Assembly: GCA_026936335.1 (NCBI GenBank)
Contig: JAPMXV010000004.1
Coordinates: forward strand, 338,515-402,514
Origin: Mantamonas sphyraenae STR306
Taxonomy: Eukaryota > Protista > CRuMs
Direction: 5' to 3'
Length of the DNA stretch: 64,000 bases
Made by a program: the position numbers and the translations under genes. Below are positions 24,501 through 36,331 of this stretch, one piece after another (position 1 is the first letter of the stretch; every line of letters begins with the position of its first letter). The notes below the pieces were generated by a model. It searched no databases. It saw only the letters and a list, made by a program, of their open reading frames with translations, and was not told the DNA's origin.

Positions 24501-27500
24501 GGTGTTGAGTAAGTTGTTCAGGGTCGTGAAAACGCCCGTAGCCAGGTGGGTGCGCTTCGTGGAGCCTCCCATGCGCAGCTGGCCAAGTACAGAGGTCACG
24601 TTGAGGCTGTTGCTCTCAATGTCCGCGTCGTAGGTGGAGATGCCGGACAGAACGAGTTCGGTGTCTTCCAGCGTCGCGCGGCTTTTTGGATTCACCGTCA
24701 GCACGGGCGGGTCGGGCGTGCCAGTCACCGTAACGGGCACAGTGGTCACTGCCTGTAGGTTTCCACCGGTTCCAGAGGCCCCTAGGTCGTCGACAAGCAA
24801 GTTCAGGGTGTCGGTGCCAAAAAAGTCGGCCGATGCTGTGTACTTGAGCTGGTCCAGGGCGGCGCTGACATCTGTGATCTTGCCGCGAAAGTCTGTGATG
24901 GAAACCGGTCCACCGTTGCCCTGTGTAAACTGCAGGTTTTTGGTGGTGCCGAGCAGCAGGAAGCCACTGGTGACGGTGAGGCGCACACGCACGTCTGCAC
25001 CCGCAGCGTCAATGTCCGTGACGCCGAGGTTGTTTCCGACGGTGGACTGTGCAAACGAAGCGGTGGTGTCCTCGGCCAGGGTGAGGCCTGATGGTACGCG
25101 CACAAAACTGGGGGGTCGTTGACAGGTTCGATGACCAGGGTGGTCTGCGTCGATGCCTGCCCGTGCTGGTCGCGCACTGTGATCGTCAGTGTGGCGTTGC
25201 CATATTTGTTGGGACCGCCAGTGACATGCAATGTGTCCAAGTGGGCGTTGATCAAAGTCAGGTTCCCGACGAAAGCGGCGGAGCGATCGTTGGGTCCGGG
25301 GAAGAGGTCGTAGTTGGACTTGGTGAGGTTGTGCGACAATGCAGCATGCACGGTGACGTCACCATGGAGAAGCAAGTCCGGGGTGTAGCGAATGTTTGTC
25401 GGGCGCGTGCCCAGGCGATCGTTGGTGCCCTGGTTGAAGTAACCGCCGTTGTCGTGTCCCCAGTCGGCGAGCCAGAGGTAGGCGGCGGTATCGACGCGTG
25501 CAAACAGGTCCAAGCCCATCGAGGAGTTGGCGATGCTGGCCGGGAAGGCAAACTTTTCACCAGCATCGCCGGCCGGTCCATTGATGTTGGTCATGGGACC
25601 GGCAAGGCGCAGGTTGAAGTCTCCTTCGTAGTACATGGCGCGACCGTTGACAGTCCATAGGTGGTGACCAAATGCATCCAGCGATGTGGTGGAGTGGTAT
25701 CCACCCTCGGGCTGGAATGCGGCACTGCCGGAGGGTTGGCCAGATACAGACATGTCCTGCCAGTCGACGCTGAGCAGAGTGTCTTGCTGCACGTTGCTGC
25801 GCACGATGGCCTGGCTGACACCATCAGATACAATGGTATACTCGGTGTTGCTGTCGTTGAGGCCTGCGTTGCCGTGGAGACCGAGGTCTGCAAAGGAGAC
25901 GGCCGGACTGGCCGGGGCCGGGCTGAGCCATGGAATTGAAGCTGGGCCGCCTGGCCTGCGGACAGTCATGTGCTGAGCGTTGGGCGATTTGTCGTACAGA
26001 GTGTCGCCTGCACACTCGTCCTGGCCACGGTTGTGGTAGTATGCAAACAGGTCTGCATCCGATGTGTTTGTGATGCCGTGGCGTGCAATGTGAGCAACCT
26101 GGGTGGCGTTGGAGGAGCGTCCAAGGACGACGATGTGGTCGAAGCGGCCCTGCATGCACTGATTGTTGTCATTGACATTGTCGACGCCGTCTTGATCGCA
26201 GCCAAGTACAAATGCACCGCCAGTGACGACTCCAGTGGCGACTGAGTGTGTCATGACGAGCTGGGCGTCGACCCACAGCTTGAGGCTGTTTGGCTCCCAT
26301 GTGACGGCAAAGTGCTTCCAGCCGCCGTCAAAGGCAATGGCGGGTGTCGGGGTGTACGAAGTGCCCTTGTAGAATACAACACCGCCAGCAAATACCATGA
26401 GCTCGTTGTCCATTCCAGGCACGGCATAGTTGACATGGACCTTGTTTGTGTTCTCAACCTTGGCCCAAAAGGCAAGCGTGAAGCTGCCGGTTGGCATGGT
26501 CATGGGGTTGCGGATGGCCACGTTGCTGGTGAGGCCAGCCATGTAGAAGGCACAGCCTGTCGGAGGCAGGCGTGCCTGTTCGTTTTGCCAGTCAAGCCAC
26601 AAGGGCCGCGCGACACCGTTCATGACCACTGGGCGCGCGCTGTCGCCGAGGCCAAATGGCAAATTGGCTGGGAGGGTCGTGGTTGTGACTGTGTCCTGTG
26701 TGCCATCACGGCTCCAGGTACGAAACGTGGCACTGGTTGTGGTTGTGGAGTTGTCAGCCTTGAGCTGGGCGGTGTTGTCGGTCCAGAGGAGGACAGAGTC
26801 ATGGTTGGTGTTGGCAAAGGCCATGACGGCCTGGGCGGCACTGGAGGCATTCCAGGCCGGCGTGTCTGGGGAGTAGAACACCGAGGCGGAGCCCTGGGAG
26901 CCCGGGCTGTGCATGTCGCAGTAGACGACGAGAGAGGGCAGCTCGGCGTCTGCGTCGGGGTCGATGACGTACAGGCCCGAGGAGCGGAAGCCATGTGCAA
27001 AGTAGTCACTGCACGAGCGAGCCCATGAAACAATGGGAGGGATGGGAGTGTTGGCGGGCAGAGTGCCGTGAAAGGAAATGTAGTCTCGGTTGAGCGGTGG
27101 TGGGTGGTGAAACCCAAGGTGTGCGTCCGTGCCGGTGAGGTTGAGGGTAACGACAGAGGAGAAGCCGTCTGCATCGATGTCCATGACAGAGATTCCGGTG
27201 ATGTTTGCGCGAACGTCCTCCTGCAGGATAATGGGCACGGGAGCGGCGATGGAGATGTAGGGCAGGTCGTCCACAGTGAGAACCTGCAAAGTGACGGTGG
27301 CAACAGATGTGTTGCGTGTGTCGTTGGCAACGATGCGCAGGGTTACGTTGCCGTGGTAGTTTGCGGGTGGCGTGTAGTGGAGGGATGCTAGGCGGACGTT
27401 TAGGTCGGTCCAGGAAGCGTTGCTGGGAAATGCGAGCAACGTAGCCGGGCCGTGGGAGTCTGTGCGGAGGTTGCCGTGGTCTACATCGAGGGAAAGGGTG

Positions 27501-29929
27501 ATATGTTGGTCATCGTGGTCCTGGACGCGAACGAGGTGGCCCAGGTCGACGTCTGTGTCCTCGAGGAGGGTGACGATGGGGGAGGAGAGGAGAATAAGCG
27601 GGACGTCGTTGACCGAGGTCACGCTGATGACGACGATAGCTTGGGCGATTCCTGCAGGGTTGTGGTCGTCAGCAAGGAGAAAAGTGATGTTTTGGACGCC
27701 GTGAAAGTTGGCAGGCGGGCTGTAGAGCAGACTCGGGAGGCTAGCCTGAAGGGCTGTGAGGTTTCCCGTGGCATGAATGCGAGAGATGGATCCCGTGGTG
27801 TTCACATAGGAGACGTGGAGGCCGTTTGGGTTGAGGAGCTGAAGGGAGCCTTGGGAGAAGGTGATGTTGAGGGAAAACAAGGCGTCCGGGTGTGCGTCGA
27901 CGTCGGTGAGGTTCCAGAACGTGAGGGGCAGGAGGTGGTCCTCGGGTATCTGGTAGGCGAGGGTGGTGTGCATGAGGGGCGGGTCGTTGACCGGGTCGAT
28001 GGAGAGTGGGAGGTCGATATCGACATAGCGGCCAAAGGAAGGGTGCGCCTGTGGATGAGGAAGGCCCGAGTGGGCATAGTCGTAGGCGCGTATGTGAAGA
28101 GTGGCAGAGCCGTGGTCGCGGTTGGGCTCGGGCACGATGCGGAGGGACTGGAGGTCATGGGCAAAGGTTGCGGCGGACGTGTTGAGGACCAGTTGTGTGG
28201 CATTGGCCAAGATGAGCTGGAGGGGCTCCGACGAGTTGATGTGGAGGGTTGCCAGGGGATCGCCGTGGAGAGAAATGTACAAGCGGACGGGATCGGTGGG
28301 TTGTGCGTCGGAATCGTTGAGACGAATGGACGGGTGTCGGGCAAGGAGCGGATAGGGAACGTCCTCGGTGATGATGATGGAGGCGGGCATTCCATGGATG
28401 GTGGGAGGGTTGTTGACCGGGAGACAGAGGGAAGCGTTGGCGGTGGCTGGTAGGGATGTGTTGGTACCAGCGGGACAGGGGAGACATTGGGAGGCGGCAG
28501 AGGCCGGTGCGTAGGAGTTGAGAGGGCAGGGAGTGCAGGACTGGGCATCGCTCGTGTCTGTGTAGTATCCTGGCTGGCAGGGGGTGCAGAGGAAGCCACC
28601 GAAGCCTGCGGAGCAGGAGGGCGGGGCAGAGATGGCAAAGATGTCGAGGCCGCCGACCGTGGGAGCTCCGTAGAAATCGTTGCCCGTAGCGGCTGTCGTA
28701 CCAGTGATGCGCACAAGGGAGTCTGAGCCGAGGCGCAGGGCGACGGCCATGTCTGTGCCGGCGGTGCCAAACTGGCGGGTGGAGAGAAGCTGGCCGTGGG
28801 GAGAAAAACGCATCAGAAAAGAGTCTGCGAAGCCGGCGTGTGTTTGGGAGGGAAGGGCGGCAAAAGTGGAGCCGGTGATGAGGATGTTGTGTGTTGAGGG
28901 CTCAACGACGACGTCAGTACCCTTGTCGTTCGAGGATGAGCCTGCCTGGACGCTCCAGAGCCTGGTTGCGTTGGGGGCAAAGGCCGAAAGGACGATGTCT
29001 GTGGCACCGAAGGCGGTTTGGCCATCGTAGGAGGCGGAAGCGATGTGACCGGTAAAGTAGATATGACCGGAAAACTGGTCGACGGTGACATGTGCGGCTG
29101 TGCAGGCGCCGGGGCCGCCGAGAATGCGCGTCCACATGAGGGTTCCGTTGGTGGCAAGGGCCGCGAGCCAAAGGGCTTGTGCAGGGCCTACGGATTCGCC
29201 GTTGAGGTCGGTTTGAGTTTGGCCAAAGAGGTAGAGGGTGTCGGAGGCGTTGTGGTAGGCAGTGCTGGTGAGTTGGACGGTGGAAGAGCCACCGAAGCGA
29301 AGCTGCCAAAGAAGGGCGCCTGTAGGGGAGAGTTTTTCGACGAGGACGTCCTGTGGACCGACCTTGAGAGTGCCCGGGACGTGACCTGTGACGGAGTAGG
29401 CGAGGTAGAGGTCGCCACGGGCGTCTATGGCGATGGATCCAGGCTGATCTGTGTCGTTGCTGCCTCGAGTGGCATTCCAGACGGAGTCGCCCGTCAGGGA
29501 GTCGAGCTTGAGCAGAAAGACGTTCTGAACGGGTGCTTGGAGCGGGTCAGACATGTTTCCGATGACTGAGCCGTGGACGTAGAGGGAAGAAGAGGGGCTG
29601 TGGAAGAGTAGGGAGGCGACAAAGTCGGCTCCAGGAGTTCCAAACTGGCGGCCCCACTGTAGGGTGAGGTTTGCGTCGAGGCGTGCCACGATGGCATCGT
29701 TGGAGCCGGACGAGTCGCCATAAACAGCTCCGGGTACGCTGCCTCCAAGAAAGAGGGCGTTTGTGTCGGGGTCGAGGGCAATGCCCTCGGTGCCGTCGAG
29801 GGTTGCGGAGCCCAGGCGAGTTGCCGCAGGCTGGCCTGTTGCAGAGGATGTTTGTACGGGTGTGATGCATGCTGAAAGTAAGAGCATGCATGTGAGGAAG
29901 CCAAGCGTGGCCCATGGGGTGCGAGGCAT
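3502..29929 (-). CDS. Giant (~8,800 aa) adhesion receptor/polycystin-like protein: signal peptide, SBBP-like beta-propeller, Cys-rich repeat, many cadherin-like Ig repeats, 4 fibrinogen-like+LamG modules, DxCGVC repeats, IPT, REJ, GAIN/GPS, EGF, multi-pass TM domain, cytoplasmic tail
   Basis: Six consecutive minus-strand ORFs join through single-base indels near 25105, 7701, 7285, 5585 and 4530, with no introns needed. Signal MPRTPWATLGFLTCMLLLSAC from ATG 29929; VND.P/ED repeats; VYCEMSMDGGGW; GPS CRYFD..W...GC...CQCTHL/TSF near 6555-6665; about 7 hydrophobic helices at 4650-5420 plus one near 6050. Confidence 0.85.
5761..6010. repeat. Low-complexity Gly/Ala tract: (GA)n and poly-Gly codon repeats
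   Basis: CCA/CCG and GCACCC runs encoding AAAAAAASSGAAAGGAAAGAGAGAG...GGGGG. Confidence 0.9.
11615..20156. repeat. Near-perfect in-frame tandem duplication, unit 4266 bp (1422 aa)
   Basis: cgtcgttcac anchors at 11615, 15881 and 20147. Shadow ORFs recur at +4266 (e.g. 12799/17065). Only scattered substitutions separate the copies. Confidence 0.95.
21611..23819. repeat. Third near-identical copy of the ~2.2 kb fibrinogen/LamG module (matches 18083-20291, offset 3528)
   Basis: Direct comparison; shadow ORFs recur at +3528 (18634/22162, 19060/22588). Confidence 0.95.
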
Positions 29930-30130
29930 CCTTGAATGGTTGTTTTTGAAAGTTTTGATGGTGCAGGCAGGGTGGGATGTGAGGAAAGGAGGAAGGAGGG
30001 GAGAGGGAAGGTGATGGGCAGGGGTTGTTGAGGGGGGAAGGGGATTTGGAGGGAAGGGATGCAGGGGTGAGACAAAGGCGGACCGGTGCGATCGTAGACG
30101 CACCACAACACCACATTCACACAAGAGAGG

Positions 30131-33100
30131 ATGGACGTGGAAAGCAACAAGGGTAGCCAGCAGGCAGCTAGCAACACGGTGGGCAGCAGCAGCAGCAGCT
30201 CGGGTCACACGGAGGAGGAGGAGTTTGTGGACGAGTCGCTGTACTCGCGTCAGCTGTACACACTCGGTCTGGAAGCACAGCGCCGTCTGCAACGCAGCAA
30301 CGTGCTGCTCGTGGGCGTACGGGGCCTGGGTATTGAAATTGGTGAGTGAGCATGTGGCGAATAGGGCGCAGAAGTCGGCCCGGCGGAAAAGACGGAATTG
30401 GAGCACAGGCGGAACCCTCTCTCGGGAGCTTTTTCGCGCCAAGGGGACACAGCGGGGACGGGGCGGACACTGACACTAGGAGAGACGGCGCAACGTGGGT
30501 GGGCGGTGTCCGTGTGCACAGCCAAGGACATTGTGTTGGCAGGTGTGAACTCGCTGACGCTGCTGGACAACGAGGTGGTGGAAGTGAGCGATCTCGGGGC
30601 GCAGTTCTTTCTGCGAGAAGATGACGTGGGCAAGAAGCGAGCGGCGGCGACAGTGGAACGTCTGGCAGAGTTGAACAACTATGTCAAGACGCGAGTGGAC
30701 GAGCGTGCGGTGAGCGAGGTTGCGGACAAGGAGTACCTGGCGCAGTTTTCGGTGGTGATCCTGACAAACAACAAGTCGCTGGAGGTGACCAAGGCGGTGG
30801 GAGACATGTGCCACGAACTGGGCGTTGCGTTCATTGTGGCAGATGCGCGCGGGCTGTTTGGGTCTGTGTTTGTGGACTGCGGCGAGGACTTTGTGTGCCA
30901 GGACACGACGGGTGAAGAGGCACAGAGCGTGATGGTGTCTGGGATCAGCCAGGAGGAAAACGCGCTGGTGACGTGTGTGGAGGACCACCGACACGGGTTC
31001 GAGGTGGGAGACATGGTGAGCATCAGCGAGGTGAAGGGAATGGTGGAGCTGAACGACGTCGAGTCGTGCAAGGTGACCAAGGTGGACGACCCGTTCAACT
31101 TTAGCATCGATGTGGACACGCGCACCTTTGGGGCGTACACGACGGGCGGCTGGGCAACAGAGGTGAAGCAACCGACCACAATCCACTTCAAGGCATTCAG
31201 TGAGGCGTGGCAAGAGCCGGCGATGGTGTACAGCGACTTTGGCAAGATGGAGCGAGCGACGACGCTTCACTTTGGGTCGCTGGCACTGCTGCAGTATGCA
31301 GACGAGAACGACGGCCAACTGCCAGGACCAAACGACGCCGAGGCGGCAGCCAAGGTGAGCAAGCTGTGCGCCGAGCTTGCGGGCGAGGCGGTGGACGTGA
31401 GCAGCGAGGAAAACGCCAAGGTGCTGGCGACGCTGAGCGGGCACGCAGGGGCGGAGATTGCAGCAATGGCAGCTGTGATTGGCGGAATGGTGGCACAGGA
31501 GGCGCTGAAGGCGGTGTCGGCCAAGTACAATCCGATCCAGCAGTGGCTGTACTTTGACTCGCTGGAGTCGCTGTCCAGCGTGCCGCTGGACGCAAAGGAG
31601 ACTGCGCCGGAAGGGTCGCGGTACGACAGCTACTACGCGGTGTTTGGACGCACGTTCCAGCAACGTGTGCAGAACCTGAACTACTTCCTGGTGGGCTCGG
31701 GGGCGATCGGATGCGAGGTGCTGAAGAACTGGGCGCTGATGGGCTTGGGAACGGGAGCCAACGGAGGGATCACGGTGACGGACATGGACACGATTGAGCG
31801 ATCGAACCTGAACCGGCAGTTTCTTTTCCGTTCGCAGCACGTGCAGCAGCTGAAGAGCGAAACGGCAGCAGCGAGCGTGAGGGAGATGAACGGGGAGCTG
31901 AAGATCAAGGCAATGTCGGACCCTGTGGGCGGCAACACGGAAGAGATTTTCAACGACATGTTTATGGATGCGCTGGACGGCGTGTGCAACGCGCTGGACA
32001 ACGTGGAGGCGCGCATGTACATGGATGCGCGGTGCATCTACTACCGCAAACCGCTGCTGGACGCCGGGACGCTGGGCACCAAGGGCAACACGCAGGTGGT
32101 GGTGCCCTTCCTCACCGAGTCGTACGCGTCGTCGCGAGACCCGCCTGAAGAGCACGCCGTCGTGCACCATCAAAAACTTTCCGAACCAGATCACGCACAC
32201 GCTGCAGTGGGCGCGAGACCGGTTCGAGGCGTACTTTGCGGCATCGGCACGGAATGCCAACGGATTTGTGGACGAGGGGCGTGCGTTTGCAGAGGCAGAA
32301 AAGAACGTGACGGGACGCAAGAACCTGCTGCAAGACATCGAGCGGAACCTTGTGACGGAAGTGCCCAAGACGTTTGAGGACTGCGTAGCGTGGGCACGCC
32401 GGCTGTTTGAGGTGGAGTTTTCAAACCAGATCAAGCAGCTGCTGTTTGCGTTCCCGCCGGACCAGGTGCAGTCGAACGGAGCGCTGTTCTGGAGCACGCC
32501 GAAGCGATGCCCGCACGCGCTGGAGTTTGACCCAAAGGACCCGCTGCATATGGAGTTTGTGGTGAGTGCGGCAAACCTGCGCGCGTTCAACTATGGCTTG
32601 GAGGGCAACCGAGACGCCGAGTCTGTGGCAGCGCTCGCGGCCAAGGTGAACGTCCCCGAGTTTACGCCGAGCAGCAAGGTGAAGATCAACGCGGACGAAA
32701 AGTCGGAGGAAGGCAACGAAGAGGTTGCGGGTGATGAGGACGAGACGGAGGTGGAGCGCATCCTGGAGGTTCTGTCCAAGGTGAGCGCGCCGAAGAAGCT
32801 TGTGGAGGCCAAGTTTGAGAAGGACGATGACAGCAACTTCCACATGGACTTTATCACTGCGGCGTCGAACTTGCGTGCGACCAACTACGAGATTGCCACG
32901 GAGGACAAGCACACGAGCAAGAAGATTGCGGGCAAGATCATTCCTGCGATTGCAACGACGACGGCGGTGGTGGCGGGTCTGATGAACCTGGAGTTGTACA
33001 AGCTGTTTTCGCCCGAAGCCAAGGGCCTGGACGACTACAAGAACGGGTTTGTGAACCTTGCACTGCCGTTCATGGCGTTCAGCACGCCGATTGAGCCGCC

Positions 33101-33470
33101 TGCGATTGGACAGTTCCCGGGCATGGCGAGCAGCAGCGGAGAAGAGAAGAGCGAGTACACGATCTGGGATCGTTTCGACGAGGATGGGTCGGAGGGCGAG
33201 ACGCTGGAGCAGTTCATCGAGCGATTTGAGAAGGAACGCGGGCTGGAGATCCAGATGATCAGCGCGGGCCAATCGATGCTGTATGCGGACTTTTGGAACC
33301 CGAAGAAGGTGAACGAGCGCAAACAGCTGACGGTGAAGGACCTGTTTGAGACGGTGACCAAGGCGGCGCTGCCCGAACACCAGAAGTACCTCGTGCTTGA
33401 GTGCGCGGTTGTGGACGTCAAGACGGACCTGGACAAGGACATCCCGTTTGTGCGCTACCGCATTCGCTGA
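30131..33470 (+). CDS. UBA1: Ubiquitin-activating enzyme E1; intron 30342-30521; frame break near 32147
   Basis: [42 protein letters not shown], catalytic [35 protein letters not shown]-terminal UFD. Confidence 0.97.
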
Positions 33471-33479
33471 GCCGGTGAA

Positions 33480-34321
33480 TTACAAGAGAATACATTTGCA
33501 GGATTGGTCAGGCGACGAGGACGGGAGGGTCTTGATGGGAGAATCGCTGCGGTGTGCGTCGCCGTCGCTGTCGGCCGGCGAATCTTTGTCGTCGATGGTG
33601 GTTGGGATCTTGCGGGTAGGGGAGGGGTCCTCGGACTTTGGTTGGAGTTGGTGGGTTGTGGTGGAGCCAACGAGGGTGGGGGGTTGGTCATCATCGTTCT
33701 GAAGAGCAGTCAGTGGGGAGGACTCGGAGGAGCTGGGTGCGTCTCGGAGCGGGCTAGGTTGGTCGACGTATTTTTGCTGGGTGGAGGGCAAGGTGGAGCT
33801 CTGCTGGGCAGGCTGGTTGAGGGGATGCGACGGGTCTTTGATCTGCAAGAGCGGCAGGGCAAGGTCTAGGTGTGAGGATGAGAGGCGCGGCGGAGGGAGG
33901 GATTGGGGGCAAAGGCCAGAAAACGGCTGGTGGAAAGGGAAATCCGCGAGGAGTCGGGCAGGGACGGGTACGGAAGAGGCTGGGGTGGACGAGACGCAGA
34001 GAGAGGGACACGTACGCGAACATGGATGTCTGCCGATCGGTCGGCGAGGATGGAAGGAAAGTCGTTGAAGGAGAGCGGGTCGATCATGAGCTGGGTGTTG
34101 TTGAGAAATAAGGTAGAGTCTGAGTAGGGGATGTCATGGGCGTCGATGAGCATGCGCTTGGCCTGCATGACGGTGGCGCCGAGGAGGAGGGAGAGGGTGT
34201 CTGTGGTGCCGTTGGGAAAGTGCATATGGAGCTGAACAAACTCTGTGGCGTCCTCGTACTCGGCCATGACGTCGTTGAAGGAGGGCACGCTGCCTGGCTC
34301 TGGCAGAGTGAGCGAGCTCAT
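33480..34321 (-). CDS. Ubiquitin-like fold protein with low-complexity tail; exons 34321-34016 and 33842-33480
   Basis: VQLHMHFPNG...GATVMQAK...LFLNNTQLMIDPLSFNDFP resembles a beta-grasp fold. GTACGT..TTGCAG intron joins in phase 0. Confidence 0.6.
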
Positions 34322-34461
34322 GGTGTGTTGTGGTGGAGGAGGAGAGGAAATGCAGCCAATGTGCGTGTGGAGCGGATGGAGTGTGTGTGCGGTGGCTGTG
34401 GGTGCTGCAGGAAAAGGTTGGCTTTGCGAGAGCTGCGCCACACAACAGGGAAGCGAGAGCG

Positions 34462-36179
34462 ATGTTTGGCCTGAACCAGGACGAGGAGATCGGCATTGTG
34501 GCCGGAGTGGTTGTGGTTGTGCTGCTGGTGGTGTTTCTGTGCTTTCGGCAGCGGAGGAGGCGCCGGTTTGGGTACGGGGTGCTGGGCACGGAAGAAGGCA
34601 TGAACACGCCGCTGACGTCGACGTACTACCAGTCGACAAACGAAAAGTGGAACGGTAGGTGTGGAAAGAGAGGGGAGGGAGAGCGGTGGGCAAGGAGGTG
34701 GGCGTGCGGACGCAAGGAAGGCGGTGGGAGGTTCGGGCGCGTGGATGAGTGGAAGAGGGTTTGACGTTTGCTGACACGAACGGGCGGTGTTGCACGTGGT
34801 GGCTTGGCACGGGACCGGGGCCGACGGGGCATCCTGGGAGCGCAGAGAAGGAAACACTGATGAATGCACGGTTCTATCTGCGAAGCGCGTTTTCGTATGC
34901 GTTTGAGCGGGAACTGCGGCGAATGGGCACGCGTGCAGAGAAGGAGTACTTCTTGGTGAAGCACAACAACGATGGGGTGCGTGTGATGTCGATGGTGCTG
35001 AAGGGAGACGACTGTGTGGTGCCGCTGGACAGTGAGAACGGAAAGCAAACGGTGCGGAGCCTTCTGATGGCCATCAAACACCCGTACGTGTATCCGACGA
35101 GCGATTTCGATTTCATGGGAGCCAAGGACCTGGCGTTTGTGTTTCGGGAGTTTAACGCAAAGGGATCGCTGCGAGACTACATCTACAAGGCGAACCCGCG
35201 GGATCCTCAGGGGGTCAAGTACGGCCAGGGAGAGGCATTGGCAGAGCGCAAGGTGGCCAAGTTTGGACGGCAGATCCTGGAGGCGCTGCTGTTCCTGAAC
35301 GCAAAGGGGGTGCCGTACAGCCACCTGAAGACGTGCAACGTGATGGTGGTGAAGGGGACGTGCCAGTTGACAGACTACGAAAATGACATCCTGGGCCTGA
35401 GCGGACAACTGGAACCGTACGTGTCGCAGCTTGTGGGCGTTGACGCACAGGTTGGCGCGTTTGGGCATGTGCTGTACGAAATGGCGTTTGGATATGCATT
35501 GGAAGCGGTGCGGCCTGAATATCTGCCGCCTGCGCTGCCGTCAAAGATTGCAGAGGTGCTGGGGCTGATCTTTGAGGGTCAGGACGAGGAGAACCCGGTG
35601 ACGCTGGAGCAGCTGGCAGACATGCCGCTGTTCCGAGACGTGGAGTTGAAGGAACGGTACAGCAACAAGATGACCAAGTTTGACAAGAGCATGAAGGCGG
35701 TGTTGAAGAGTGTGCGGGAAGAGGAGCGGACGGGCAGGCTGGACACGAGTGCGATGATTGCCAGCCAATCGTTCTTGGCGCAGAGCAAGAAGAGCCGACG
35801 CAAGAGCAAGAACTATGTGACGGCACGCAAGGAGCAGGAGCAGGTGGATGTGTCGACGACAGGCAGCGGGGCGGCATCGTCGTTGTCGTCGTCGTCGTCG
35901 TCGGCGTTGTCAGGGAAGAAGAAGAGCAAGGACAAGGGCAAGAGCAAGGGCAAGGAACAAGGCAAGACGGATAGTAGCGGTGGGGCCAAGACGAAGCCGC
36001 CTCCGCCGCCGCCAGCAGCGAAGAAGGTCAGCAGCAGTGGAGGTGGAGGCGGTGGCGGTGGTGGCGGTGGAAGCAAGCCGCCGTCCAAGAGCCGGGGCGC
36101 TCTGCTGGACTCGATCACCGGGTTCAAGGGGGGGCTGAAGAAGACGGTCACCAACGACAGGAGTGGACCCAAGGTGTGA
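34462..36179 (+). CDS. Slob/PXK-like pseudokinase with N-terminal TM anchor, poly-Pro and C-terminal WH2; intron 34655-34845
   Basis: IGIVAGVVVVVLLVVFLCF-RQRRRRR; GSLRDYIYK, GRQILEALLFL, HLKTCNVMV (no HRD), FGHVLYEMAFG; WH2 RGALLDSITGFKGGLKKTVTNDRSGP. Confidence 0.85.
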
Positions 36180-36331
36180 GCGGGATGGTGGGGTTCGCGT
36201 GGATCGGGACAGGGAAAACAAACGGATTTTTCGCAATGAGCACGACTGTAGGCATGCTTGAATTGCGGTAGGTTGTGGAGGAATGGTGAGAGGAGCGAGG
36301 CGATGAAGGCGTGGGGGAAAGTCGTGCTGAC

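Noticed and set aside
29930-30442. ORF-track N-terminal extension of the giant protein
   Set aside because: It overlaps UBA1 exon 1 in antisense; the signal peptide begins at ATG 29929.
179-33470. Pseudogene status for MINDY, the giant receptor or UBA1
   Set aside because: Catalytic motifs are intact and there are no in-frame stops once single indels are corrected.
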